In this document: positions 36,151 through 49,589 of the stretch, piece by piece | How positions within the stretch are numbered: position 1 is the stretch's first letter | Layout of the letters: each line of letters begins with the position of its first letter | NCBI GenBank assembly: GCA_028534125.1 | Contig: CM052816.1 | Coordinates: 82,462,001 to 82,526,000 of the forward strand | Length of the DNA stretch: 64,000 nt | Direction of reading: 5' to 3' | Source: Lama glama | Lineage: Eukaryota | Notes under the pieces: generated by a model | Database searches by the model: none | What the model was told of the DNA's origin: nothing | Seen by the model: only the letters and a program-made list of their open reading frames with translations | Made by a program: the position numbers and the translations under genes

Positions 36151-38926
36151 AAACAACCTGGGTTTTTTTTTTCTTTTTCTATTTTTTTCTTTTCTTGAAG
36201 CTTACAGATTAAAAAGACTAAGGTAAACAAAAATAGGAAAAAATTCACTATAAATAAAAAGTATTATGAAGTATAAAATACTCATTCATAGAAAAATAAT
36301 ATAGCAAGAACTACTCCCCATCTTGGCCTCCATCTGCCTTGAAAGATAAAGGCTTGTAAAAATTATTCTGGACCTAAAAATTCCTATAAATGAATAGTAG
36401 GTCTAAGTTATATGAGGAGGCACAGGGAATTGATTCATGCTTAATAAACCCTGCAATTAATAAAACCTTGTTCCTAGGCTACTCCTTCCTCTGGGGAGCT
36501 CTCAGTATTTTATAGTCCTTGTCTAAGAAGGCTTATAACTCCTTTGTGCTAGAAAGGATGGAATAAGTGTGACAGCAGGGCGGGCGTTTTTTCTCTGTCT
36601 TCTGTATATGGGGTCCTTTACCAGTGAATCAATGCTTTGCAGCGCTACCCTTTGGATTTTACACGACTACTAAGGGGTAGCTTTCCTCTGCCTGCGCTAA
36701 CTATGCTATGGTTGCTAAAAATCAGATATCCTCCAGTGCTTAATTATTTAATTAATTCAGCAATTCTTACTCAACTCTTTGTATTTTTGACAAAAACAAA
36801 ACAAAACAAAACAGAAGCCACCTTCCTTAGTTTTCCTTTGACCTTAAATTTGATTCTGTACTTGATAAAATGTTCTATGATGCATATCTAGACTGAGTGT
36901 GACATAGACAATGGTGACAAAAATGACTCACTTAATTGATTGCTTTCTTATTCTACTCTCAACTGCTTAAAAAAAAAGACCTGGCTGCTTACGCACAGAC
37001 TGTTGGGACTGATGTGCACGGGTTCATAAAGCCACTGTGAGTTTCTTTCAGGCCGTTGCTTATCTAGCCTCTGCTACAGTTGTCTGTAAGTCTGACAATG
37101 GAAACAAGAGGATGCCCTTCCCAGCCAGGCAGGACACCTTAGTGTTTCATACTCCTGAAACCCTGACAGATGGATCCAAGTTCCCCATTAGGAAATGAGA
37201 TGACCGAAATGTCAGCTGAGATTTCCTGACCCCTGAGACGTGCTTAGACATATGTTTATGCCTAGTGGAGGTGAGAGAAGTCCTCAAGCTTCTGCACTTA
37301 GAGGGAAGGGTGGTGCCTGTGTTTTCCAGGTTCCTTTTACCTCTCATTTCCTTCTTTTCCTACATACAGGCATTTATGTAGACATGAAACAGACTCTAGC
37401 CTATGTTCCCCCAAATATGCACCCCTCACACAAAGTATCTGTAAGAGTTGAAAATTTGGGGAGGTGTGAGAAGGTATAAAGGGTATTTAAAGTGGAAATA
37501 ACTTCAGTTGAATCCTAGTACTTTAAAATATTAGTCTCTCCATTTCCAGGAAATTTCCAGGGACCCCCTCCATCTCAGCTTTTTTCTTGCCCACCCAATG
37601 GCTTCCTTCTCTCTGCATTTGTGTTCTCCTCCTAGAGAGAGACTAAAATTCCTCTCCTTGTCTCAGGCAAGCTTGTTCATCCTTCAGCTTTGTTGTGGTT
37701 TCTCCTACCAACACCCATATTCTTAGGGTCTTACAAAAAATACCAAGTGCCCCATCAAGGTTCTTCCCCACAGAAAGAACTATTCTCTCAAAAGGGTAAA
37801 TGGACGATTACTAAGGTAATAGCATTTTCCACTTTGCCATGGTGGGACATAAACTTCCCAGCAAGATAACCTGGTATTTCCAATTTTTTTCTCTAACCTT
37901 GAAAGATGAAGAATAAATTCTGCTTACATAATTAAATAATTACAAATTTGGCAGCTGTGTGTTTGACAATACAAGTGCATTGTTTCACAGCATACTTATG
38001 ATATCACTTGAAACCCTGAGCACATACGCAGTTCTTTGGCTGGTGAGTTAAGGATGGATCTTGCATAGATGCAGGAACCAAGTAGGAAAATAGATGTACT
38101 AAGCTTAAGTTGTATGTTTTCAGATATTTTCCCTCTGGTTTCAGAACCTTGGAGAGTGTCAAACAGTAGGTCAGGTGATTGAATTTTTTAAAGACCTGAG
38201 AAGATCAATCCTAATTTCCTACATTATTTACAGACCAGCTTTTGGATGTCTAAAATCCCTTTCAACCAAAGTTTGCTCTTTTGAGAATAAGTAATACCAA
38301 GATAGGGATCACAGGAAAAATGCGTTGAGCTCCTGAAAGGGAGGGGGGACAAGTGAAAGGGAGGGGCTGCAGTCACCTAAACTAAATCTCAGCTATGCTA
38401 GGTAAGTGGCAGAGGAGAGGGCAGGGTTGATGCCATTAAGGTGACTCTGTGGTTATGTCTCCAGCCTTTGCTATCCAAAGTATGTATCAGATTGAGAAGC
38501 TCTCTAGCTGGTGGCAAAGCTGATGCCACATGACTTTTGTATCATGTAACAAAAAAGAACACAAGACAGGGCTCAAGTTCAGCTCTATTTCAGTGTAATG
38601 AGTGAAAAAACAAAGAAAAAGAAGGTATCAGGGGATGTAGAGGACCAGGGTCAAAGAGAAAGGAAGTGGAAATCGGAGGATATTCCCTTGACATTTATTT
38701 TCCGATACTCCTTCAATTTGATTTAAAATGAGTAATTTACCTTATGGACAAAAATGCTCTCGTGGCCCAGCTTCCAAGATGTGCTCCAGATTATAACGTT
38801 TGACCTTGGAGATGCTCAAAAGCACAGTGGCAAATGAAAAATAAAAAGGTGGTACCTACAAATCAGGACAACGGACAGCACCAGCTAACGCGATCTTTGA
38901 TAAGGCTGGGGGGACTCCTCGTAGGG

Positions 38927-39025
38927 ATTTTTTTTTTAATGGAAGTATAGTTGATTTGTAATTTGCGTTAATTTAAGGTGTACAGCATAATGGTTTAGTT
39001 TTTATTTTGTTTGTTTTGTTTTCAG
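38927..39025 (-). mobile_element. L1 3'-terminal fragment
   Basis: poly-T then aatggaagtatagttgatttgtaat...ggtgtacagcataatg. Confidence 0.75.
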
Positions 39026-40389
39026 AGAGTATCTTAAATATATTGAGTCAAGGCCTCTCTCAGTGTGATGACACTGTTACATCCTTGCCGCATGGCTTCG
39101 CAGAGTAAAGCATAACAAGCTGTATTTGAAGAGATCCTTATGGACACTGTTTGACTGCTCACATTCAGTGTATAGTATACATACAGATCAATAAAGATTG
39201 AGTTCCAATTGAATCTCAGTCCTAGCTTCTAATCGTATCCTCTAAATTATAAGCAGATTGCTTTTGTGTCTTTCTAATTGAATTGGGGATTTTAACTTAT
39301 TTACTTTCACAGACTATGACCTAGGAGTACAAAAGCTCACCTAGCTAAAAGCCTAGTGGACCACTTAGCAGAAAGCTTTTTCCCCTCTTAGTGCTTACTG
39401 ATAGAAATCCAGTAGGGCTTGGCTACCCCATCACGAGCTGCTCTGAGCTTTAAAAGGTTGTCTTCATCTGTGTGATAACATCTGTTCCACACTCTGGTCA
39501 TATGGCAGCCCTTAGGAAACAGTTCTCTAAGGCAGAAGCATATTTCATAAGATTCATATGATTTACAAACAAGAATTTTAAGTTCTAATTAGTACTTTCA
39601 GAGTGATTCATGCAAAAGAAAGATTTCCATTTGCATGTCAATGAAAACCTGGTGCCTTAGAAACCTTTGCTAAGCTATGTAATTAATCTTTGTACTGGGG
39701 AAGGGTTTATTTTTCTTATTTCCAATCCTCAGGAACAGCTTCACACAACTTTAGTGTCAGTTAGTTAAAATATCCATGAATATTGCACCATGAGGTTTTA
39801 GGTTTGGAATGTGGTGTGAGAAGAGAGAAAAATCTAGTCCTCAAAAAGTTCCTTTTCTTTTACTACAGTGACCCTATTGTTTCTCTCCTTCTTCTCCCTT
39901 CCTTTCCCACTCTCCTCTCTCTTCCCTTTTCCTCCTCCTCATCCTCTCCCCCATTCTGCCTTTCCTTCTCCAGTATTGTATTTCTCTTTCAGAAATATTT
40001 CTAAGAAGTGGCCAGTGCTTGATGTTTGGTAACTTTGATTTTGTTAGCTTTTATGCTAGAATCACTCATTTTCATACTGTGCAATTATTACTTACAAAAT
40101 GCTTTATTTTAAAGTTCTTCCAAATTCTAACTAACCACTACCATGATAATTGGATTTCTAATTTTTAGATATGAAATTATTACTTAGTATTGGCTTCTTC
40201 ATCCAGTAAGCTGATGCAGTGGAAAGAATAAACAACTGGAAACTGAGAGGTATTTGTAAATAAGAGGTGCTTAATTGCTTGGGTTAGATGCATGATAGGG
40301 CTTATGAAAGAAGAGATTATATGTCTTATATATGATATTTGCCATGTCAATATTCTTTTGGAGGACCAGAACCACTTTTTCTCTTTTTC

Positions 40390-40725
40390 GTTGTATTTTG
40401 TAAGTTTAGGGTTGTGTATGATTCAGATTGGCAAGAATGAAAGCTCTCCTTCCCCATAATCACACTGATTCTGGAATGTGTGCCTGAACTAAGACGGGCT
40501 GATCAGAGTTCTTCTTGGGATTTGTGCCAGAACGGCGCTCTCAGGAGACACATACTAACACAGTATGTAGGACTGTGGCCGGAAGTGGTTATCTTGCTGC
40601 CCTAGGAAGAGAGTCTGTCTAAGAGCAAACCTACACAGAGGCAGGTGGAGTGGGTAAGGAGTGGGTAAGAGCAAGAAAGGAGACTGAGAACTGATGCCAT
40701 TGACTGCATTCCTGGAAGTTTAAAC
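40390..40725 (+). mobile_element. MaLR (MLT1K/L-like) LTR fragment
   Basis: gggctgatcagagttcttcttgggattt...ggaagagagtctgtctaagagcaaacctacacagagg. Confidence 0.55.
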
Positions 40726-40815
40726 CCGGAGGGTAATTTCCATAATGTATATAATGAGTGACAGAAAGGATGACTTTATTGGAGAAAATACAGCCAAAAA
40801 AAAATTCAGGAAGGT

Positions 40816-40972
40816 GGGAGGAGAGTATAGCTCAGTGGTAGAGTGCATGCTTAGCATGCACAAAGTCTTGGGTTCAATCCCCAGTACCTCTACTAAAAAA
40901 CAAAAATAAATAAATAAACCTAATTACTTCCCCCCACAAACAAACAAACAAACAAATAAACCAAACCAAAAC
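40816..40972 (+). mobile_element. tRNA-Ala-derived SINE (camelid Vic-1-like)
   Basis: A box tagctcagtggta, B box ggttcaatccc, cttagcat anticodon-like loop, (caaa)n tail, TSD aaattcagg at 40802 and 40973. Confidence 0.88.
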
Positions 40973-40984
40973 AAATTCAGGGAG

Positions 40985-41205
40985 AGAAAATGGAGCATGG
41001 CACATTTGGGACTTCAAAAAATTTGTAATAGTTGAGGTTTCAGGGTGCTGGCTGTTTGGTGGCAGGGATGAGCTGAAAGGTATATAGGGGACTGATTATG
41101 AGAAGGACTTTGATTGCCAAGTGGAGGAGCTTGGATTTGCTCCTGAAGGCAATAAGGAACCATTAAAGGTGTTTAAGCAGGCATCTGGCATGGTTAGATT
41201 TGCCC
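40985..41205 (-). mobile_element. L2 fragment, antisense
   Basis: ggagcttggatttgctcctgaaggcaataaggaaccattaaaggtgtttaagcagg...ttagatttgc. Confidence 0.75.
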
Positions 41206-42234
41206 AGGGCTGGTCTGTGTTGAGGAAATATGGAAATTTGGAATGAATTTTAAACATCATCATTGCTGCTTCCATTCAGATGCATCAAACCAATAATAGG
41301 AAAATTTGGAGGTTTAAATCTAACTCTTAAAAATCAATTTTTTTATAAAAAACTGCAAGTTTATCTTGTCATTTGTGGTATTATAAAGCAGCATGGACAT
41401 TGTTATGAATACATTGATTTGATCTTAAACTTTCCAGTTTATATTAAAAGAGCTAAATTAAATAAAAAGCACTACAACAGCAGAAAACTGAATCAGTAGA
41501 AACAACTAAAGTTAGAAAAGAGAAGAGTTAACTTCAGCGTGAAGTGCTGCAGTGGGAATTAATTTGGTTCTATTGCTTCAGAACAGATGTCCATCTTCAG
41601 AAATCAAGTAAACTGTAATATTGTTAAAACATTCTATATATCTGTAGTCAATTTCTTCTGTCTCAAAATTCTCAAAATACTGCATCCCTTGCTTTTCAAG
41701 GCAGCATAACAGCTGACCCAGGGCAGCCAGCTAACTGAGTCAGGAATTAGGCGTCTGCCTTGTGCAGTGGATGCCTGGGGTGGGTCTGGCTCAGTCTAGT
41801 GGAACCACCGCCTTGCATCACCTTTCCTCAGGTGAGCCTTACCCTTAAGCTTTTGATTACACTTCCTCTGGTATTTCAGTTCCCTGACGGACAGTAGTCT
41901 TGCCCTTGTGTCTTTATCTCCTTACCAGCCCAGTTAAAGGTTGGAATCTCTCCCCAGTATTAATGTGACTAAACAGCCAGTTCAGAAGAGAGACTACATT
42001 CCTTCCAATGGGCTGACAACCGAGTATCACAAATTTCTGCTCAACCTGAGGCACTGTCTGAACTCTTGCTGTAGACTTGGTTAGGTAAGATTGCCAGTCT
42101 AAAACAACACGGGGCCACCCAGGCTTTCGGATGCTGGATTTTCAGTTAATGCTCATTCGCTCGGGGATGAGTACTGAGCTCCACTGACAGTGGAATTACT
42201 TAGAGCACCCTGATTCCACCATGTCTTGCTCCTG

Positions 42235-42545
42235 TTGGTGCCAGCGGTACCTCTCCTCCCTGCTGCCTGGATAACTCCTACCCACTCTTTCACTCTAAGC
42301 TCACGCATCTCTTCCTCCACAAAACATTTCCAGACAGCATTAGTGTGGATTTACGTTTCTCTTCTGTGAGTTCCCATTTGTTATTATAGTGCTTTTCACA
42401 TAGTATTGCAAATGTCTATTTCTCAGACTCAGCAACGTCTTAGATGGAGGGCCTGTGTTTTTATCTTTTTCGTTCCAGTGCCACCCACAAGGAGTCTGGG
42501 GCCACTGAATGCTTGTGGGACTGACAAGACTGACTGCCTGAATGA
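42235..42545 (+). mobile_element. L2 3' fragment
   Basis: ctggataactcctacccactctttc...gagggcctgtgtttttatctttttcgttccagtgcc...gaatgcttgt...tgaatgaa. Confidence 0.6.
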
Positions 42546-42729
42546 AAACAATGGGCCTTTGAAATAATGAAAAGACACATACCAATCCTTAAATGTGTGT
42601 TTTACATGTATAGACGTTTTCTATGAATGACTGACACTTTTGGTCTTATTTTAGAATTACTGGAAGGGCCTCCTAGTGAAAATGTACTGGGGAATACTGC
42701 ACTGATTCAGTAAAAGAAGGCAAAGAGAA

Positions 42730-42925
42730 ATGAACTAATATTTATTATGGACAGCATCCTAGGACGGATAAAAACTGGCTTATGTTTATGTTATTCCATT
42801 TAATCTTTATAGCGATTCCACGAGCAAATGTCTTTTAGCTCTTCCTTTTATAATGAATAAACTAGGTTTTAAAAAAGTTGAGTTGCTTTCCACTAATTCT
42901 AACATTTAGTAAATAGTAAAATTCG
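42730..42925 (-). mobile_element. MIR SINE
   Basis: gttattccatttaatctttatagc...ttttataatgaataaactagg. Confidence 0.55.
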
Positions 42926-42939
42926 GACAGAATCACAGG

Positions 42940-43160
42940 AGAGTAAGGGCTCAAAAGTCTGATAGATTTAAATCTTAATGCTTGCTCTGCATATACTATG
43001 TCTAAAATCGGGGTAAGTATTTACTCTCTCTAAGAGTCTTCTATGTATATGCACATCTGTGTGCAAGGTCACGTCTGTGTGTATGACTGTGGACCTGAGA
43101 ATGCCTGATCATGAGTTTGTTGCAAAGATAAATGAGCTGATACACATGAAGTGCGGCTGG
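42940..43160 (+). mobile_element. MIR SINE
   Basis: gatttaaatcttaatgc...gggtaagtatttactctctctaag...gttgcaaagataaatgagctgatacacatgaagtgc. Confidence 0.55.
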
Positions 43161-45599
43161 ATGGTGATTATTCTGCTTTCATAGCCCAGTAATTTCTCAG
43201 TACTATTTAGTCTTCTCTCTTCTCACCATACCAAGATTTTCTTAAGAAAAGGCAAGTTGCTGCCACATTTTGGGTATCAGTGCACAGTTTGGGTCTTCTC
43301 TAGCTGCAAAGTGGGCAAAGGAACATCTTCAAACGACTCCTGATGGATTCTACTCCTCAGGTGTTCCTGGAGGAATGACAGCCGTCCAAGGCAGACCTAG
43401 AAATGAGCTCCTGTCTATACTAAACACAGGAAGATCCAACCCTGGGACAATGCCTAGACCAACCAGCATCTCATCTGGTGTAGCCTGACATGTGGGACAT
43501 CTCACTGCACTGGCTCATGTTTGAATGGGCTGCACTGTGCCGTCTATATACTGGGAATTGCTTTAGATATTTGGAGTTCTCCAGAGCAGAGATCCAGTAA
43601 GGAGTACTCTTAGCATTTCCAGGCATCCTGCTAGCTTAGAGCTGACATGCAGATCCGTCTTAGGGACCGTGTTTTTATTTTTGGAGAGTAAGGACCAAGT
43701 CCAAAGCTTGAGTATCTCTCTTCTATTTCTTTAGCTCCCCTCACCTCACAGAGCACGAGCTGACTAATTCTCTGAGGTAGTCCACAACAAAAGAAAAGAA
43801 AAGAAAAAAAGCCTATTAAGTACGTTTGACTTGGAAATAGTGCCTACATGTGGAAAAAGCTTAAAAAATGTGACAAAGCAATAAAGTGTCTTTTTGTAAA
43901 TTGGAGAAGAGTCATCAGAGAAATTTAAGGGGAAAAATCAAGGGAGATGAAAACATCTCTCTGTCTCCAGTGGCTGTCATGGCATTGTGCTTACGGAGGC
44001 TACGTCAGCCTCCCAAAGCGTGCTCCGTGCTTCTTAAGGCGGTAGGAGCTTTCAGGGCCAAGTGGAGCTGCACTCAAGTTCCCCTTAATGAAGTCAGTGT
44101 GAGCCCTCTGAATAAAAATGCCTCAAAGGATGTGGAATGGAATGAGAATCAGACTCACCCAAAATGATAAAAACCATCCGGATTAAGCAAAAGAAATTTT
44201 ACCTCGGAGCATTGACAAGGATTGTCTGGGCTCCTTGGGGAGCTCAGCCCGGTGTCAGCAGCATGCACGGAAGAATTTCCTTTCTGAAACTTGGCTTTTC
44301 AAAAGCCGCCATAACTTGAATCAGAGGGTCCTGGGAAAATGGAAGTTGGCATTTTTTTAAACTTTATGGTTATTAGGGAAGCCCCTTTAGATGAAATTAA
44401 CTTTAGATCACGGAAAACAATGGCAAAAGCCTGCAAAGCACTTCGTGCACTTTAGATAAGCTAAAATATAATCATTTATTCATTGAGTGATTGGGGAGGG
44501 TTCAGGAATTACTTTAAAAAGGACTAAAACAGTTCAAAGCTATTTCTTAAAAATATCTTATTTCACTGTAGAAAGATCTCTCACTGCTCTTATTGAAGAG
44601 CTGGCTCTGTGAGTAATGATTTCTTACCCTTACCTACAATCTATGATTCATTTCTGTTATAACATTCTCTGTTTTATGAAAAGATTTTTTTTTGCTTTTT
44701 TAAATCCAATCTTACCTGTGATTAGTCCTGCCCTAGTTTCCCATGTCACCTTCAAAAAAGTGATAAAGCCAGAGTTTCCTCCAAAAATAGACATTATTTG
44801 AGTCTCCTTGTTCTATAGCTGTGGTGTCATTAGGGACTTATGTGGCAGTGCAGATACTAAGAAGAAATATGTCATTCGGTTCTGAGGTCAGCTCAGTCTA
44901 GGGAGGAAAGAGCAATCTGGTGGTGAAACACCCTACAAAATAGTATCTCTGATTCAACTCACAGAAAGCTTGCTGGAATTAAAAGACACCACCAATATTT
45001 TTTTTCCTGCTAACCAGGGCTGTATCTATCTGACCTAGATTATCAGACCATGAAAAGTGGATATGAGTCCTCTGCAAAGTAAAATCTTAAAGTCTTGGGA
45101 CTGAAAAGAAGCTTAACACATTCCTGTTGCAACTCTTCTAATTCTTGAATCTGTCTTCAATAGCTTCTCCTGGTGGTTGTCTAGTCTTTTTAGACCCATT
45201 TCTAACAAGAAACCCAGTTCTCATGGGAATGTGAGCTCTTTGAGGGCCTGGGGACTGCTTTTTTCTCTCCCACTATTATTAGCTCCTGAGTCTAAACAGT
45301 ACCGAGTACCTATTAAAACCTCACTAGAAATTTGATGAATGAATTAAAGACTGCAGGACCGCTCTGAACTACTGTTAACATAACTACATAGTAATTTTGC
45401 TGTAAAATCGTGTATGACCTATTTCTTTCTACTTCTCTCTCCATCCCTTATTTACCCCTTCCTCCTCCTTTTCCCTCGTGGCAGGCTTAGAAATTGTGGA
45501 TGCTGGAAATAAGAATCTAACACTTAGCTCTTTGTACACCAAAGTAACTTACCTGTTCTTGTCACTAATGTGTTTAAAAGAGGCCTGATTTTTACAAAT

Positions 45600-45785
45600 T
45601 AAGGGATCACTAGCTGTGTGACCCATTTTACTTGAGTTCTACATGTCTCAGTTTTTTCACCTGTAAAATGGAGATGATGATTGCATCTACCTGAGATGAT
45701 TATGTGAAGACCCAGTGTCATATCATATATAAAGTACTTCAGAACAGTAGCTGACATACAATTCAGACTCAGTAAACATGGGAAC
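45600..45785 (+). mobile_element. MIR SINE
   Basis: cactagctgtgtgacc...tctcagttttttcacctgtaaaatggagatgatga. Confidence 0.75.
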
Positions 45786-45829
45786 ACTGGTGCCTTATGA
45801 AACCGCATTTTCTACATTTATTCATCTTT

Positions 45830-46355
45830 GACTAGTCTGGTTATCGCTCACTGAATAACAAAGTCACTGCTTTGATTTGTCTGCACATTGACTGAGCTCA
45901 GGTGTGTGATCCTCACTAGGGTTTCTCACATGTGTGAGTGGGGACCCAGAGACATCTGAATACTTGCCTGAGTTGGATGTCTGGGACAGCACACGCCATG
46001 GCTGGAGGCTGAAGCGGGCTGTTGACTGGGAGCTCAGCTGCGACTATCAATTAGAGTGTCTACATTTAGCCTCCCTGGATGGTTTGAGCTTCTCTCAGCA
46101 TGATGGCCAGGACCAACCCAAGAGCAAGCATTACAGGAGACCCAAATAGATGTAGCAAGCCTTATTATGCCCCAGCCCCAGAAGCTACATGGTGCGATTC
46201 TGCCATATCCCATTGATCCAAGCAGTCACAGGGCTTGCCTGGATTCAGTGGGGTGGATAAATAGATTCCATCTCTTGGGTGTAGGAGTGACAGGGTTACA
46301 TCACAGAATAGCACGTGGGAGAGGGAGAAATTGTTGCTGCCATCTTTGGAAAGTT
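45830..46355 (-). mobile_element. MaLR (MLT1H-like) solo LTR
   Basis: ctgttgactgggagctcagctg...gcttctctcagcatgatggc...ttctgccatatcccattgatccaagcagtcaca...gctgccatctttggaaa. Confidence 0.8.
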
Positions 46356-46824
46356 TCATCAGCCATGTTGACTATCATAATTTTCCCTTTATGTTTGAGA
46401 TTAAATTTATTACTTTATTATTTTTCTTCTGAAACATGTAAGGCCAACAGAAAAGTTTAAGCCTCCAAGCCCTCTTTTTATGTGCTAAGCTTTCAAAAGT
46501 CTGAAGATTGCTAAGTGGCTTTAGTGAGCATTTTCTGGATATTTAAAGAAGCTTCAAATTTTCTGTAGAATAACATGGTATAAAAACTTTTGATTTTGAC
46601 TTTGGTCTTAGGGTTTGGATGTGGTGACTGAAATAGATCAAAAAATAGTTAAAAGCAATGTACCTGTCATGGTTGCTTTCATTACATTGGGTTGAATAGT
46701 GTCGCTGGTCATTCATTTCACTCTTTTACCTTCAGATCATCCAACAAAAATTTTTGAATTAAAATAATTCATACTACATGTTACTTGGTTATTCATATAC
46801 CTCATATCTCTAGTCTGTCACAGC

Positions 46825-47000
46825 CTCAGCATAATAATATATTATGTTTTATAGTCCTCAGTAGCTCACATAGCATTTTCACATTCAATATCTCACATGA
46901 TCTTTATAATGCAGGATGTATTACCTAGTATGGTATTTCTGCTTTCCCTTGTAGATATTGAAACTCAGAGAATTCAAAAGAGTTTTCCAACAAGGGAGCA
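46825..47000 (-). mobile_element. MIR SINE
   Basis: gcattttcacattcaatatctcacatgatcttta...gtagatattgaaactcagaga. Confidence 0.6.
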
Positions 47001-47104
47001 GGGATTTGAGTTACAGTTATTTTTGTAAGCTTAAAAATGTTCATTTATTTATCCAATTTCTGATTATTTTCCTTATAGTATTCAAAATTAGTATAGGTCC
47101 AACA

Positions 47105-47555
47105 CTCATTCCCAATGTCTGTCACTTGGCTAAGACCAACATAGGATCCAGAAAAGCTGTTAAGTATTTTCCTAGCTTCCATTGTAACTCAGTGTTACCA
47201 AATAAAACATTTTCAGCCAATACGACATAAATGGAAGTCTTCTAGGAAGATTCTGGAAATATTTTTTTAGTCTTTGTTGAAAAGGAAAGAGGAAGCTGAT
47301 TCTGTCTTCTTCACATTCTTTGCACCGTGACTGTGGTAAAGATGACCAGAACTGCAACCATTATCTAGAGACGATCAGGAAAAGATGAAAACTGCAGTCA
47401 TGCTGGACATTGTTGAGCCACCAATTCAATATCAGCAATCAGTATCTTCCACATTATTTCCTAAACAAACAAATACATATATGTTAAGCAAATACAGTCT
47501 TCTTGATTTAAGCTGATCATGGTTGAGTATTGTTACCAGGAGCAGAACACATTTT
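47105..47555 (+). mobile_element. MaLR (MLT1I-like) LTR
   Basis: attttcctagcttccattgtaac...cagccaatacgacataaatggaagtc...gacattgttgagccacca...tttaagc...tgttacc. Confidence 0.65.
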
Positions 47556-47564
47556 TAGGCAAAG

Positions 47565-47644
47565 TTTCCTTCCCTTCCTTCCTTCCTTCTTTCCTTCCTT
47601 TCTTCCTTTTCCTTTCTTTTATTTTTCTTTCTTTTTTTCCCTTC
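47565..47644. repeat. (CCTT)n / polypyrimidine tract
   Basis: About 80 nt of nearly pure C/T. Confidence 0.9.
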
Positions 47645-48139
47645 AGCCTGTGAAGAGTATTGGAAGGTGTGAGTGATACTAAATACTAAACACTAAACAG
47701 TGAGATACCCTGTTTGAGAGGAGATTGATAGATACTGTTAAGAGATTTATTGGTGACCTTTCCTTTTTAGGAAAAGTAATGAGAATGATAAAGCACTGAA
47801 ACTAGAAATACTGTAGTTGGCCAACAAGTTATAGAAATACTATTTATCTTCTTATCTCATTTACTTAATACAAATACTTAATACATTGTCTAATTAATTT
47901 ATTAATTACTATACCACCAGGAATAAAAAGTGACCATAAGGCAGCCATAAAATTGGAAAGATACTTGGAAGTATTTTGTTGTTGCTGTTTTGGGGAAGTA
48001 TACAACGAACGGCTGATTCATTATGGTGTGTTAGATAAACCATACTACTGTACCCAAAGTGTTAATATCTGTAAACAACCAAGTGTAAGTGTACGTTCTG
48101 ATAAAGGTTGATAATGTATTCATCTCGGTTACTCACATC

Positions 48140-48540
48140 TCTTTCCATTACCCTTTTCTTCTTCTACACTTAACCTGGGACGTGTAAATTTTCTCATTGG
48201 CAGCTTGCTATGTGCTACTCCCTCTGTCTGAGTAGTTCCTTTTTTCATTGGTTACCTTCTAATCATCCTGCCAATCTCTGTTAAGGCTTTATTTTCCCTG
48301 GACAAATTTCCCTGGCACAGGCATTCCCTGGCAAAGGCATTTAGCTGCCTTGTCCATAGGCTTCCACAGGCCTTGTCTTTCCTCTGTTGTAACTTGCAAT
48401 TGCTCGTTTACTTGTCAGTGCCTTGCTAAGCTCTAAGTTCCATGAGCATGAAGATAACACCTTTCACCTTTGTATCCTCAGAGCCTTGCCTACTACGCAG
48501 TGGGTACTTAAAACTTGTTGAAAAATTGACAGAATCAATT
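48140..48540 (+). mobile_element. L2 3' fragment
   Basis: gctctaagttccatgagc...cacctttgtatcctcagagccttgcc...gtgggtacttaaaacttgttga. Confidence 0.6.
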
Positions 48541-49589
48541 TAATTATCCTTTTATAATTCTTACATTTGCTTTAAACAGTCTTTAGTTAGTTGAAAGAAG
48601 CAAGCCTAGATTTTTAAATTCACTCGTATGATTTTACTTTTGTCATCATGACAGAAGGAAATAATCCTTTCTTTTGAAGTTTTCCTCTTTTTTGTATTCA
48701 GTACAGACTCTTGTTTAATTTTCCAATTTCTTCTTTGACATTCTGTATATGCCAGAGAGCTATCAGTCTTCTCGTTTGCCAATCTTTGTTTGCCAAGTGT
48801 GAATGTTCAAAGCCAGAATAATTTCCACATAACATACACTACATTTTCCTACCTAAAAGTTCAAAGAAAAACACCATGCTTGACATGATTTATTTTTGAC
48901 AAATATGTGTAGCCTGCTTTAATATGTGAAAACATTTTTCATTAGGTTCCTGGGGGGGGAGAGTTATGTCTCACTGGATATACATCTCCATTTTAACAAA
49001 ATGTTACTCATTCCAATTTTGTTCTGTTTTGTCACCTAGTATCTAAAAAAAAAAAATGCATATTCTGAAGTATAAATGTTCCTGAGATGGATTTAACAGT
49101 ACATAACATAGGTGATTTAAAAACCTCTAATATGTTGAAGCTGTTTAAACCTAATTTTAAATTCATTCTTGGGTTTTCTTTTCCAAGATTTTTGTGAGAT
49201 TTACGTAACGTCTACTAATAGCCAAGTCAATATTCCAAAATTCAAATCTCTGTTATTCACCTTTCAAGTTAGCTAATTGATCTATTTTTACCTTTGTTAA
49301 CTTGATATTTTTCAATTCATTTATACAATTATTTTCATTTCCCTTTTGTGTTTTATTTTGTGGTATGTTATCTCTGACAGTATTGTTTTATTTATATTAT
49401 TTTTATGTCATCTTGAATAATTGTGACTCTTTTCAATTAGCCCTTAGAAAAATTCAAAATTGAAACTCATCAGCCTACTTTCTTTTTTTCCTCCCCAGAT
49501 TTTTAGGGATTGATAATCATACACAGCCCTTCTTCCCCAGTACTCCTTTGCTAACAGAGAGCCCCAGACACCATTGGATTGCTTAAGCA

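Noticed and set aside
40816..40890. tRNA-Ala gene
   Set aside because: Imperfect acceptor stem, followed by a SINE body and A-rich tail with TSD; two more copies occur in the window
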